A DNA stretch of 64,000 nucleotides from Dehalococcoidia bacterium (GTDB lineage: Bacteria > Chloroflexota > Dehalococcoidia > Lucifugimonadales > UBA3495): contig OZ244817.1 of the NCBI GenBank assembly GCA_965220305.1, forward strand, positions 1,571,919 to 1,635,918, read 5' to 3'. This document shows positions 18,461 through 27,819 of this stretch, piece after piece. The notes beneath the pieces were generated by a model. The model was not told the origin of the DNA. It did not search any database and worked only from the letters and a program-made list of their open reading frames with translations. Position 1 is the first letter of the stretch; each line of letters begins with the position of its first letter. The position numbers were made by a program, and so were the translations under genes.

Positions 18461-19417
18461 ATGACCACCATTAACACCATAGAAGACCTGATACGCCTGC
18501 TGGACGAAAATCCCCAGTGGGCTGAAGCCCTGCGCGCTCGGCTGCTGACCCGGGAGCTCGTAGAGTTGCCGGTGAAGTTCTCCCAGTTCGCCGCAGATGC
18601 CACCCAGCAGTTTGCCAATATTGCCCAGCAGTTCGAGCAGGTGAACCAACGGTTCGAGCAAGTCCAGCAGCAGTTCGAACAGGTGGACCAGCGGTTTGAA
18701 CGGGTGGACCAACGGTTCGAGCAGATGGACCGGCGGTTCGAGCAAATGGACCAGCGGTTCGAGCAAATGGACCAGCGGTTCGAGCAAATGGACCAGCGGT
18801 TCGAGCAAATGGACCAGCGGTTCGAGCAAATGGACCAGCGGTTCGAGCAAATGGACCAGCGGTTCGAGCAAATGGACCAGCGGTTCGAGCAAATGGACCA
18901 GCGGTTCGAGCAAATGGACCAGCGGTTCGAGCGGGTAGACCAACGAATGGACGGGGTTGATGGCACTATAAACAGGATTTTGGTGGACTTGGGATACCTC
19001 AAGGGTGCCCACGCTAGAAACGTGGCCATAGATAACGCCGCCTCCATTGCCCGGGACATGGGACTGCGCCGGGTCCGAAACCTCAGCCAAGATGACCTGT
19101 TGGAAATCATCGATGCCGCGGATACCTCGGCCCTGACAGCGGGCGAGTTGCGCAGCTTCCGCCAGGCCGACCTGGTCATCGAGTCCCTGGACTCTCAGGG
19201 AGAACACTGTTTCATTGCGGTAGAAATTTCCTTCACCGCCAACGGCAGGGATACCGCTAGAGCGACCCGCAACGCCAGGTTGCTAACCGCTTTCACCGGC
19301 AGGCCCGCCTTTGCCGCCATTGCCGGCGTGCGTAGAGATGACCGGATACAGGAGAATATCCGGTCTGGCGAGGTCGTTTGGCACGAATTGGACTCCTCTG
19401 ACCTTGAGGCGGAGTAA
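18461..19417 (+). CDS. coiled-coil protein with heptad array and a C-terminal domain with a possible PD-(D/E)xK-like pattern; function unknown
   Basis: N-terminus TIEDLIRLLDENPQWAEALRARLL; about 15 heptads QRFEQ(M/V)D; C-terminus ...ADLVIESLD..GEHCFIAVEISFTA...RATRNARLL. Confidence 0.7.
   Translation: MTTINTIEDLIRLLDENPQWAEALRARLLTRELVELPVKFSQFAADATQQFANIAQQFEQVNQRFEQVQQQFEQVDQRFERVDQRFEQMDRRFEQMDQRFEQMDQRFEQMDQRFEQMDQRFEQMDQRFEQMDQRFEQMDQRFEQMDQRFEQMDQRFERVDQRMDGVDGTINRILVDLGYLKGAHARNVAIDNAASIARDMGLRRVRNLSQDDLLEIIDAADTSALTAGELRSFRQADLVIESLDSQGEHCFIAVEISFTANGRDTARATRNARLLTAFTGRPAFAAIAGVRRDDRIQENIRSGEVVWHELDSSDLEAE
18752..18919 (+). repeat. 8 perfect tandem copies of a 21-bp unit (CAGCGGTTCGAGCAAATGGAC), in frame
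   Basis: Counted directly. Flanked by progressively diverged units from about 18626 to 18940. Confidence 0.95.
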
Positions 19418-19683
19418 CCACCACTTAACCCCGCCGGCCTCTCCCTAAAAGTACCCCTTCGTCGGGCCCGGACCAGGCCCTGAAAGAAGCTATAGCGACA
19501 AACTTCGCCTAACTACCGCAACTAACTACCCCCGATTTCAGCTTATCCCTATCGCACCAACGCAAGCCGGTCGCTGCGCCACCACCCGCTTGGGCTGCCA
19601 GAAGTGAAATTCCTGAACAATAATGTCCGGACATCCCCCTCGCGGTTGAACGCTAGCGGCAGTACCTCTACCGGGGTGGAGTA

Positions 19684-20925
19684 ATGTTCGCGCCGCTGCT
19701 CCAGACTCCAAGGGCTTGGGCCAACAGGATGGCCCTGGTCCTGCTTTTGCTGGCAACCCTGCTCATCTTCTCCTGGGATACGCCCCAGCCATCACGCGGC
19801 CAAGAATTCTCCGTCTCCATGCAGGTGTGCCGCTCCTGGGTAGAACCCTGCCAGCAGGCGCTTGCCCTGCCCCGGGGCAGCGCCGCCACCCTGGACCTGC
19901 GGTTGCAGGCACATGGCAGTGGCAGGGTCGAGTTGGCGGCCTGGGAGACCCACCTGAATGTTACCAGCAGCCGGAACGGCAAGGTGGTCTTGGAGCCAAC
20001 CAACGACGGGCCGGTGCGGGAGCAGGGAGATGGCAACTATGCCTTGAACGGCTTGGCCCGTGTGGAGGATGGAACAGGCGACCAGGCAGGCAGGTACTTC
20101 ACCGTTCAGAATCGGTACGACCCAGCCTCCAACACCCTGGACTATTCCGTAACCCTCGTGGACTTTGCCAAGACGGGTCAGACACCGGCGGCCATTACCC
20201 TGACCGGCGGCGATTCACTAATCCTTGGGCGAATCACCCTTCATGGAGTCGCCGAGGGAACAGTAAGCATCGCAGCCGCCGCGCCACCAGCGGGAACGTC
20301 CCAGTTCGTAACTCTGGGCGGCAACAACCGGGTTTCCAACCTCCATACCGCCCGCTTCGCTTCCCCCTTGGCCGCCATACATTTGGGCGCTACCCGCGCA
20401 TCGGTGGACCTTCACGGTCAGATAACGCCCCAATTTCCCGCAGACGACCCGGACGGGTCATGGCCCACCAGGAAACTGACCGTCTCTTTCTGGGAGGCCG
20501 GTGCAACCCCACCCTGGCGCCAGGGAGACGACAGCCCGGTGGCGATCTTTTCCAACCTGTTCACCGACCATCAGGGCCGATTCCGCGTTTCCGACATCAG
20601 CCCCGACCTGCCGCCGGTGGGCGTTTACGACCTGCGAGTTTGGGCGCCGGGTACCCTGGCCAGCATTGTCCCGGGCATCACCCTTCCTTCTCCAGGCAGC
20701 CCGCCGCCGTCCAGGCCCCACTTCTGGGTAGGCGTCCTGCGGGGAGGGGATACCGACGCCAACAACGTGGTGAACCACCAGGACTTGGCAGCACTAAAGG
20801 CCAGCTTCGGCGCCCTGAACGGAGCTAACAGGTACAACAAGCTGGCGGACCTGGATGGGAACGGCGGCATTGATGGTATAGACTTCTCGCGCATGGCCCG
20901 GAACCTGGGCCAGGGGAGCGAATAG
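19684..20925 (+). CDS. secreted protein with C-terminal dockerin-like (EF-hand pair) module
   Basis: Signal-like N-terminus; C-terminus GDTDANNVVNHQDLAALK...ADLDGNGGIDGIDFSRMARNLG. Confidence 0.6.
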   Translation: MFAPLLQTPRAWANRMALVLLLLATLLIFSWDTPQPSRGQEFSVSMQVCRSWVEPCQQALALPRGSAATLDLRLQAHGSGRVELAAWETHLNVTSSRNGKVVLEPTNDGPVREQGDGNYALNGLARVEDGTGDQAGRYFTVQNRYDPASNTLDYSVTLVDFAKTGQTPAAITLTGGDSLILGRITLHGVAEGTVSIAAAAPPAGTSQFVTLGGNNRVSNLHTARFASPLAAIHLGATRASVDLHGQITPQFPADDPDGSWPTRKLTVSFWEAGATPPWRQGDDSPVAIFSNLFTDHQGRFRVSDISPDLPPVGVYDLRVWAPGTLASIVPGITLPSPGSPPPSRPHFWVGVLRGGDTDANNVVNHQDLAALKASFGALNGANRYNKLADLDGNGGIDGIDFSRMARNLGQGSE

Positions 20926-21028
20926 CTGACCTCGGGAGACGCGCCTGGGGCCGGTATCGGCGCGGCTTCACCACCCTAGCCGCGCTTCCACCCCCTGGTT
21001 TTCGCCGTTTTCCCCACCCTGGATTGAC

Positions 21029-21057
21029 TTGACAGTACCCAACCGCGATGCTAGGAT
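21029..21057 (+). promoter_or_regulatory. sigma70-like promoter TTGACA-17-TAGGAT ahead of the hopanoid cluster
   Basis: TTGACA 21029-21034 and TAGGAT 21052-21057. This argues against the ORF-track start at 21029. Confidence 0.45.
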
Positions 21058-21136
21058 TCCCACCATCGCTACACGATGTATTGTTGCGGGTAACTGTGCC
21101 TTTCACGCTAGCAGCGCTAGCCTATGGTACGGAAGT

Positions 21137-22219
21137 ATGGGTAGGGATAATACCGGTCAGGCCAACCCCTCAAACAGCACAGGACCGACCCTGCCAGGCA
21201 TGTTTGCCAGGTACAAAGACAGGGTGGAGCAGCAGTTATCCAAGGCGGTGCCAGCCTCCGAAGCTGACAACCTCTACACCCTCCTCCAGTACCATTTGAA
21301 CTGGGTAGACCCCCAGGGCCAGCCAGTGGCCGAACCCACCTCCCAGGGCAAGGCCCTGCGGCCCACCCTCTGTATGTTCGCCTGCGACGCCCTTTGCGGC
21401 AGTCCCATCCGGGCCATGCGCGCCGCCGCCGCCATGGAACTAATCCATAACTTCTCCCTGATTCACGACGACATCCAGGACCAGGACGTGGAGCGACGCC
21501 ACCAGGCTACGGTGTGGTCCCTGTGGGGTATCCCCAAGGCGCTGGTTGCCGGGGACGCGATGCAAACGGTGGGCGACCTGTTGGTGCTGGGCAGCCCCTC
21601 GGAGGAGGTCTCCCCCCAAACCGCCCTGAAGGTCTCTTCCCTCCTTACGGACAGCTACCTGGAAATGATTGAAGGCCAGTGCCTGGACCTGGGATTCGAG
21701 AACAACCCCGGCGTTACCGCCGATGATTACCTTCGGATGATTGCCGGCAAAACGGGCGCCTTGATTCGCAACTCCCTGGCCATTGGAGCAATGCTGGCTA
21801 CCGACGCCCCCGCACCTAGCGAGGCCTTTGCTCGCTTCGGCAGCGGACTGGGACGGGCCTTTCAGATTCGGGACGATTACCTGGGCATCTGGGGGGATGC
21901 CGGCACCACGGGCAAGTCCACCGACAGCGACATCCGGCGCCGCAAGAAGTCTTTCCCGGTGGTGTTCACCTTTGAACGCGCCAGGGGAAAGTCCCGGGAA
22001 GACCTGCTGCGAATCTACCAGCAGGAAGAACTGGACGACAGCGACGTAGACCGGGTCTTGGAAGTGTTGCACGAGGTGGGCGCCGACCAAGAGTCGCAGC
22101 GGCTGACCCAAGAGAGCGCCCAGCAGGCGTTGCTCGCCCTGGAAGGCATCCAATTACCCTCCTGGGCCAGGGACGACGCCGCAGAGTTGGTGGACTTCCT
22201 GGCAAGACGGGAGTTCTAG
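21137..22219 (+). CDS. polyprenyl diphosphate synthase (FPP/GGPP synthase family)
   Basis: First Asp-rich motif LIHDDIQDQD and second FQIRDDYLG. Start uncertain (ATG 21137 or 21200). Confidence 0.85.
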   Translation: MGRDNTGQANPSNSTGPTLPGMFARYKDRVEQQLSKAVPASEADNLYTLLQYHLNWVDPQGQPVAEPTSQGKALRPTLCMFACDALCGSPIRAMRAAAAMELIHNFSLIHDDIQDQDVERRHQATVWSLWGIPKALVAGDAMQTVGDLLVLGSPSEEVSPQTALKVSSLLTDSYLEMIEGQCLDLGFENNPGVTADDYLRMIAGKTGALIRNSLAIGAMLATDAPAPSEAFARFGSGLGRAFQIRDDYLGIWGDAGTTGKSTDSDIRRRKKSFPVVFTFERARGKSREDLLRIYQQEELDDSDVDRVLEVLHEVGADQESQRLTQESAQQALLALEGIQLPSWARDDAAELVDFLARREF

Positions 22220-22404
22220 TAGAGGCATAGTCCCACCTCTGGCGGGGGTAACCAGTCCCGGCAGAAATGATGAAACCCTGGTCCCGGTTGGGGGACCCGC
22301 GACAGAGGGCCATTCCCCTTGGCGGAGGAAGGTCGGGATGGGAGAGTTGAGAAACTCTCTGGCGATTCCGAATGTTCAAAGTTTTTTCGCGGAGTCATAC
22401 ATAA

Positions 22405-23448
22405 ATGAAACAGGCGCAAAGGCCGATGGAACTGTCCCTCCGCTTGGCCTGGTATCTGCTGAAGAACCGGCTGAAGGGCCGCAAGCGGTTCCCCTTGGTC
22501 ACCATGCTGGAGCCCCTGGAAATGTGCAACCTGGCGTGCATCGGCTGCGGTCGCATCCGCGAATACAAGCCGGTCATCGACAAAATGATGCCGGTGGATG
22601 TGGCCCTGAACGCGGTGCGGGAGTCGGGAGCCCCCATCGTTTCCATCGCCGGGGGAGAGCCGACCATTCACCCCAAGATTGACGAGATAATCAATCGGTT
22701 GGTAGCCGAGAAATACTTCGTCTACTGTTGCACCAACGCGCTGCTCTTGGAGCGGATGCTTCTGAAAATACCCCCCTCCAAGTATTTCTGTTGGGTGATT
22801 CACCTGGACGGCATGGAGGAGAAACACGACGAATCGGTGGCCCGCCAGGGGGTCTTTCAGAAGGCCATCCAGGGCATTCAACTGGCCCTCAGCCAGGGGT
22901 ATCGGGTCTGCTCCAATACCACGGTGTTCCGCAGCAGCGACACCGCCGACCTGCAGGAGATGTTCCGCTACGTCGGTGACCTGGGCATCGAGGGCTCCAT
23001 GATCTCGCCGGGCTACGACTTCGAGGATGCGCCGGACCAGGACCTGTTCCTCAGCCGGCAGGAGTCCCGGTCCATCTTCAAGGAGCTTCTGGACCCGTCC
23101 AAGACCGCCGGTATGCGCTTCTACAACAACCCGCTGTACCTGAACTTCCTGCGGGGAGAACGGGAGTACCAGTGCACCGCCTGGTCCAACCCCACCTATA
23201 CGGTAATGGGATGGCGGAAACCCTGCTACCCCCTGGCCGATGAGCACGTACAGGACGTTGAGGAGCTATACGACCCCGTGCTGTGGGAGGAACGCTACGG
23301 TGTGGGCCGCGACCCCCGTTGCGCCAACTGTATGATGCACTGCGGCTTTGAATCGGCAACGATCTTCCAGGCCGTTTCCACGCCCAAGGACTGGGTTACC
23401 CTGGTAAAGTCGGGCGCCGCTCACAAGGGCGGCATCACCGCCGCCTGA
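22405..23448 (+). CDS. hpnH: adenosylhopane synthase, radical SAM protein HpnH
   Basis: RKRFPLVTMLEPLEMCNLACIGCGRIREY (CxxxCxxC) and length match the HpnH family; hopanoid context. Confidence 0.85.
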   Translation: MKQAQRPMELSLRLAWYLLKNRLKGRKRFPLVTMLEPLEMCNLACIGCGRIREYKPVIDKMMPVDVALNAVRESGAPIVSIAGGEPTIHPKIDEIINRLVAEKYFVYCCTNALLLERMLLKIPPSKYFCWVIHLDGMEEKHDESVARQGVFQKAIQGIQLALSQGYRVCSNTTVFRSSDTADLQEMFRYVGDLGIEGSMISPGYDFEDAPDQDLFLSRQESRSIFKELLDPSKTAGMRFYNNPLYLNFLRGEREYQCTAWSNPTYTVMGWRKPCYPLADEHVQDVEELYDPVLWEERYGVGRDPRCANCMMHCGFESATIFQAVSTPKDWVTLVKSGAAHKGGITAA

Positions 23449-23455
23449 CCGGAGT

Positions 23456-24421
23456 TTGCCGCCCTTGCTGACCATCGTCTCCGCAATGGAAGAGGAACTG
23501 TCCCCGGTGCGAACCGCACTGTCGGCGCACGACCAAGGCGAAAGCGACGTCGCGGCTCCTCCCCTGTCCTTTCAAGTGTTGGGTATTGGCCGGGAGGGTG
23601 TGGAGCCTGGCTTGAAGGCGTTGCTGCGTACCCTCCGGCAGCGGTGGGACCCCGCCGAGTCACCCTCGGGGCTGCTGCTGCTGGGGTTCGCCGGTGGGGT
23701 GGACCCGTCCCTGTCCCCCGGGGACCTGGCCCTGGCCGGCCGTTACTGCCATCTCAGGAGCCTGGGGGAGCGGTTGGTGCGTGTCCCCGACGGGGTCCCG
23801 TTGGAGGAATTTCGGCAGCGAATGATGGCCGAAGCGGAGGCAAGTGACCCTAACCTTCCCAGACGGGCCGTCCTGAAATTTGAGGAATCTGAACGGGGAA
23901 TGCGGGCCGGGTGGGAGGCAAAGGACCGGGCCCTTCCTAGCCGGGCCGTCCTGAAGTATCTGGACCCCGACCCCGGGCTGTGGCAGCACGCCAGGGACGC
24001 CCTGGCCCAGGGGGGCCTGACAGCAGTTGAAACGGACTCCATGACGGTGCCCCAGGTGGTAACTTCGCCTGACACCAAGGCGGAATTGCACCGGCAGTAC
24101 CAGGTGGGCACGGTCAACATGGAAGACTACTGGGTAGCCCGGTTGGCTGCCGCCGCTAAAGTGCCCTTCCTGTCGGTGCGCGCCGTGCTGGATACCGCTG
24201 GACAGGTGTTGCCCCGCTGGGTGACGGGGCTGTCCGGCAGGCCGGGCTGGGCCTCCCTGAACATCCTGGCCCGGCCTTGGCAGACTCTCTCCCTGTTGGA
24301 GTTGGCGCGGCAGAAGCGCCTGGCTGAGGCCAGTCTTGTGAAGTTTGCACTGGCTTTCGTCGGCTATTATCGTGCTTCCGACCTACACCAGCAGGGAACG
24401 CTACCGCCCGCGACGGCATGA
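23456..24421 (+). CDS. hpnG: phosphorylase-superfamily nucleosidase, HpnG-like
   Basis: LLTIVSAMEEEL... N-terminus and ...VETDSMTVPQV...NMEDYW... are typical of the PNP/MTAN fold. TTG start; position between hpnH and hpnA. Confidence 0.6.
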   Translation: MPPLLTIVSAMEEELSPVRTALSAHDQGESDVAAPPLSFQVLGIGREGVEPGLKALLRTLRQRWDPAESPSGLLLLGFAGGVDPSLSPGDLALAGRYCHLRSLGERLVRVPDGVPLEEFRQRMMAEAEASDPNLPRRAVLKFEESERGMRAGWEAKDRALPSRAVLKYLDPDPGLWQHARDALAQGGLTAVETDSMTVPQVVTSPDTKAELHRQYQVGTVNMEDYWVARLAAAAKVPFLSVRAVLDTAGQVLPRWVTGLSGRPGWASLNILARPWQTLSLLELARQKRLAEASLVKFALAFVGYYRASDLHQQGTLPPATA

Positions 24422-25401
24422 AAGTCCTGGTCACCGGGGCCACCGGCTTCATCGGCGGCAACCTGGCCCGGGAACTGTGGCACCGGGGCTACCAGGTGCG
24501 GGCCCTGGCCCGTCCGGGGAGCAACACTTTAACAATCGAAGACACGGGTATCGAGCCTGTGCCCGGCGACCTCTTGAACCGGGAGTCTGTGGAGCGGGCC
24601 ATGTCGGGGTGCCAGGCGGTGTTTCACTGCGCTGCCGCCTACACCTTCTGGACCCGGGACCCGGAATCCATCTACCGCACCAACGTGGAGGGCACCAGGA
24701 TAGTGCTGGAGGCGGCCCGGCGAGCTGACGTAGACCGGGTGGTGTACACCAGCACCGTCTCCACCATCGGGCTGCCCGACACCGGGTTGGGGGACGAGGC
24801 AATCAAAGTTGACCCAAGCCACCTGGTTGGCAACTATAAGAAGTCCAAGTACATGGCGGAGCGGGTGGCCCTGCAGATGGCCGAGGCGGGACTGCCGGTG
24901 GTGGTGGTCAACCCCACGGCCCCCCTGGGCCCCTGGGACGTCAAGCCCACTCCCACGGGGAGGATAGTGCTGGACTTCCTGAGAGGTAGGATTCCCGCCT
25001 ACGTGGACGCCGGAATGAACGTTGTTGACGTTTCCGACGTGGCCGTTGGGCACATCCTGGCCCTGGAGAAGGGGGTAGTGGGCCAGCGTTACCTGTTGGG
25101 CCACCAGAATCTGTCCCTGAAGGCGCTATTCGGCCTGCTCCAGAAAGTCTCGGGCAGGAAGGCTCCCCGCTGGAAAGCGCCCCACTGGCTGGCCCTGGGC
25201 GTTGGTTACCTGGACCAGTTGGTGGAGGGCGTGGCCTTGGGCCGGGAACCTCGCATACCCGTTGAGGGCCTGAAAATAGCCCGGCAGCCCATGTACGTTA
25301 GTTGCCGCAAGGCCGTGGCAGAGTTGGGGCTCCCCCAAAGTCCGGTGGAAGGGGCCCTGGAAAAAAGTGTTCACTGGTTCACAAAATACGGCTACGTTTA
25401 G
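24418..25401 (+). CDS. hpnA: hopanoid-associated NAD-dependent sugar epimerase/reductase HpnA
   Basis: MKVLVTGATGFIGGNLAREL...; YxxxK (YKKSKY). ATGA overlap with the previous gene. Confidence 0.8.
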   Translation: MKVLVTGATGFIGGNLARELWHRGYQVRALARPGSNTLTIEDTGIEPVPGDLLNRESVERAMSGCQAVFHCAAAYTFWTRDPESIYRTNVEGTRIVLEAARRADVDRVVYTSTVSTIGLPDTGLGDEAIKVDPSHLVGNYKKSKYMAERVALQMAEAGLPVVVVNPTAPLGPWDVKPTPTGRIVLDFLRGRIPAYVDAGMNVVDVSDVAVGHILALEKGVVGQRYLLGHQNLSLKALFGLLQKVSGRKAPRWKAPHWLALGVGYLDQLVEGVALGREPRIPVEGLKIARQPMYVSCRKAVAELGLPQSPVEGALEKSVHWFTKYGYV

Positions 25402-25713
25402 CCGCCGGGCCGCTTATAATCGGCGGAGCAATCACCACCAAGGTCACCCGGAAGAGCAGCTAGGGGAGAGCTAGAAACCTCCGGCAATAATAGACAGGAC
25501 CGGGTCTAGCCCATTGCAGATAGCGGGGGCGTGGGGGCAGAGCCCGGACGGACGGCAACGGCCCGCAGCCGCCGGGTGTCCCAATACAATTCGTACCCCT
25601 GCCGCTTACCGCAGGGGGCGCGTAGTCTTTACATTGCAGTCACAGGTAGTCGACGGCACCCGGCCCAGCGGGTCAGGTCCGGCAGGTTAGAAACAGCTAG
25701 CGGCAGGATAGCG

Positions 25714-27819
25714 GTGGTCAAACAGGAAAACATAGACGGCCAGGCTTGGGAAACATCCCCCATTGCCCCGTCCCCGGAAGCGGTGGCGGCAGCGGTGGGG
25801 CGAAGCCACGCCTACTTTCGGAGCAACCAGTACCCGGAGGGTTACTGGTGGGGAGAGCTGGAGTCCAACAACACCATGGAGTCCGAGTACCTCCTCGTGT
25901 CCTATTTCCTGGGAAAGGTGGACCGGGAACGTTGGCGTAAGCTGACCAACTATATCCTGAGCAAGCAGCGGGACGACGGCTCCTGGGGCCAATACTACGG
26001 TGCGCCCGGGGACGTGAGCACCTCGGTGGAGTGCTACTTCGCGCTGAAACTGGCCGGTCACGCTGCCGACTCGGAGCCGCTGCGGAAAGCCCGCCAGTTC
26101 ATTCTTGCCAAGGGCGGTGTTCCCCAAACCCGGGTGTTCACCAAGATTTGGCTGGCCCTGTTCAACCAGTGGGACTGGGAGGGTACTCCCAATATGCCGC
26201 CGGAACTGATGCTTCTACCCTCCAAGGCCCCCTTCAACATCTACGAGTTTTCCAGTTGGGCCCGGCCAACCATCGTGCCCCTGCTCATAGTGCTCACCCA
26301 TCGGCCCGTCTGCCAGGTGCCGGAGTGGGCCAACATCGACGAGCTTTATCCCCAGCCCCGCAGCCAGACCAACTACCGGCTTCCCAAGCCCCCGTCCAAG
26401 GTGGGCTGGGCGCCGTCCCTGTACTGGCTGGACCGGCTGCTGGGCATTTATCAGAAGATTCCCCTGAATCCCCTGCGCCCCTTGGCGGAACGCAAGAGCG
26501 CCCAGTGGATGTTGGACCACCAGGAGGCCAACGGCTCCTGGGGCGGCATCCAACCGCCCTGGGCGTACACCCTCATCGCATTGCGGGTCCTGGGTTTTCC
26601 TGCCGACCATCCGGTCATCGAAAAGGGGTTCGAGGGATTCGACGAGTTCGGCATCGAGAATGAGGACACGTTCTCGTTGCAGGGTTGCATCTCTCCGGTG
26701 TGGGATACCAGCCTGGTACTGCTGGCCCTGCTGGACTCCGGGGCCGACCCCCAGGGGCCCATGACCGTGGACGCCGCTCGCTGGTTGCTGGACCAACAGA
26801 TTCGGGACGGGGGTGACTGGCAGGTGCAGGCCAGGGAGGCCGAGCCGGGGGGGTGGGCTTTCGAGTTTCACAACAACAAGTACCCGGACATCGACGACAC
26901 CGCCGAGGTCATCATGGCCCTAGACCGGGTGCGGTTGCCCGCCGAGGAAGAACCCCGCAGGCAGGAGGCCATTCGCCGGGGAGCCAACTGGCTACTGGCC
27001 TTACAGTGCAAGAACGGCGGTTGGGCGTCCTTCGACAAGGACAATGACCGGCGGTACATGGCCAAGCTACCCTTCTCGGACTTCGGGGAGGTCATTGACC
27101 CCCCCAGCGCCGACGTGACCGCCCACGTGCTGGAGATGTTGGGACAGCAGGGGTATACCACCAGCTTCCAGCCCGTCCGCCGGGGCCACGAGTTCCTGCG
27201 CCGGGAGCAGGAGAAAGACGGCTCCTGGTTTGGCCGTTGGGGAGTCAATTACGTTTACGGCATTGGGGCAGCCCTGCCCGCGCTACAGGCCATCGGCGCG
27301 GACATGGGGCAACCCTATATACGCCGCGCCGTGGACTGGTTGCTGGAGCGCCAGAACGAAGACGGCGGCTGGGGCGAAAGCTGCGCCTCCTACGTGGACC
27401 CGGCTTGGCGCGGCGTCGGACCCAGCACCGCTTCCCAGACGGCCTGGGCTCTGCTGGGCCTGCTGGCCGCCGGAGAAGTGGACCATCCGGCCACACATCG
27501 GGGCATTGGATACCTGGTAGGCACCCAAAATGGCGACGGTTCTTGGGACGAGCCCTACTTCACCGGGACCGGATTTCCCGGCTACGGCGTGGGCGAGCGC
27601 CTAGAGCGTCTGCCATCCCGGGAAGAACGGGGCTACCAGGGTTTGGAAATGCCTGCGGGATTTATGATTAAGTATCATATGTATCGAAACTGCTGGCCGT
27701 TGCTGGCCCTGGGACGCTACCGCAAGTTATCCGACCAGGACCGCAGCGGCCTTCGTCGTGGAGGCACATTCAAGCCCAACGCACCAGCTATTCCTAGCTG
27801 GGGACCGGAGAGAGCATGA
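25714..27819 (+). CDS. shc: squalene-hopene cyclase
   Basis: Multiple QW repeats (Q...DGSWG, QNEDGGWGE, QNGDGSWDE) and the DxDD catalytic motif (YPDIDDTAEV). The start is not fixed: GTG 25714 is chosen, but the ORF is open from 25531. Confidence 0.9.
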   Translation: MVKQENIDGQAWETSPIAPSPEAVAAAVGRSHAYFRSNQYPEGYWWGELESNNTMESEYLLVSYFLGKVDRERWRKLTNYILSKQRDDGSWGQYYGAPGDVSTSVECYFALKLAGHAADSEPLRKARQFILAKGGVPQTRVFTKIWLALFNQWDWEGTPNMPPELMLLPSKAPFNIYEFSSWARPTIVPLLIVLTHRPVCQVPEWANIDELYPQPRSQTNYRLPKPPSKVGWAPSLYWLDRLLGIYQKIPLNPLRPLAERKSAQWMLDHQEANGSWGGIQPPWAYTLIALRVLGFPADHPVIEKGFEGFDEFGIENEDTFSLQGCISPVWDTSLVLLALLDSGADPQGPMTVDAARWLLDQQIRDGGDWQVQAREAEPGGWAFEFHNNKYPDIDDTAEVIMALDRVRLPAEEEPRRQEAIRRGANWLLALQCKNGGWASFDKDNDRRYMAKLPFSDFGEVIDPPSADVTAHVLEMLGQQGYTTSFQPVRRGHEFLRREQEKDGSWFGRWGVNYVYGIGAALPALQAIGADMGQPYIRRAVDWLLERQNEDGGWGESCASYVDPAWRGVGPSTASQTAWALLGLLAAGEVDHPATHRGIGYLVGTQNGDGSWDEPYFTGTGFPGYGVGERLERLPSREERGYQGLEMPAGFMIKYHMYRNCWPLLALGRYRKLSDQDRSGLRRGGTFKPNAPAIPSWGPERA

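Noticed and set aside
18752-18919. Possible CRISPR array or non-coding satellite.
   Set aside because: The units are contiguous with no spacers, the period is 21 bp (a multiple of 3), and they lie in frame inside a well-supported ORF. No cas genes are in the window.
17555-19207. 550-aa minus-strand ORF with a striking LEPLVHL repeat, and a plus-strand alternate frame WTSGSSK repeat (18696..18938).
   Set aside because: Both are alternative-frame readings of the 21-bp tandem array. The minus ORF also runs antisense through moaE and moaD. Only the QRFEQMD frame has sensible flanking domains, an RBS and intergenic context.
21029-21136. ORF-track start of the polyprenyl synthase at 21029 (and the TTG start of the TPR gene at 44408).
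   Set aside because: The 5' extensions overlap a good promoter (21029-21057) or lack an RBS. Downstream ATGs (21137 or 21200; 44489) have purine-rich RBSs and match the usual family N-termini.
23456-24421. Apparent insertion of about 90 aa with a repeated RRAVLKFEE / SRAVLKYLD motif in the HpnG-like protein as a separate finding.
   Set aside because: I cannot judge the normal length variation of this family without an alignment, so it is noted only here.
25531-25713. N-terminal 61-codon extension of shc from the ORF-track start (GTG 25531).
   Set aside because: The extension is Arg/Ser/Pro-rich with no cyclase similarity. Cyclase-like sequence begins just after 25714. The exact start remains uncertain, so this is a soft rejection.
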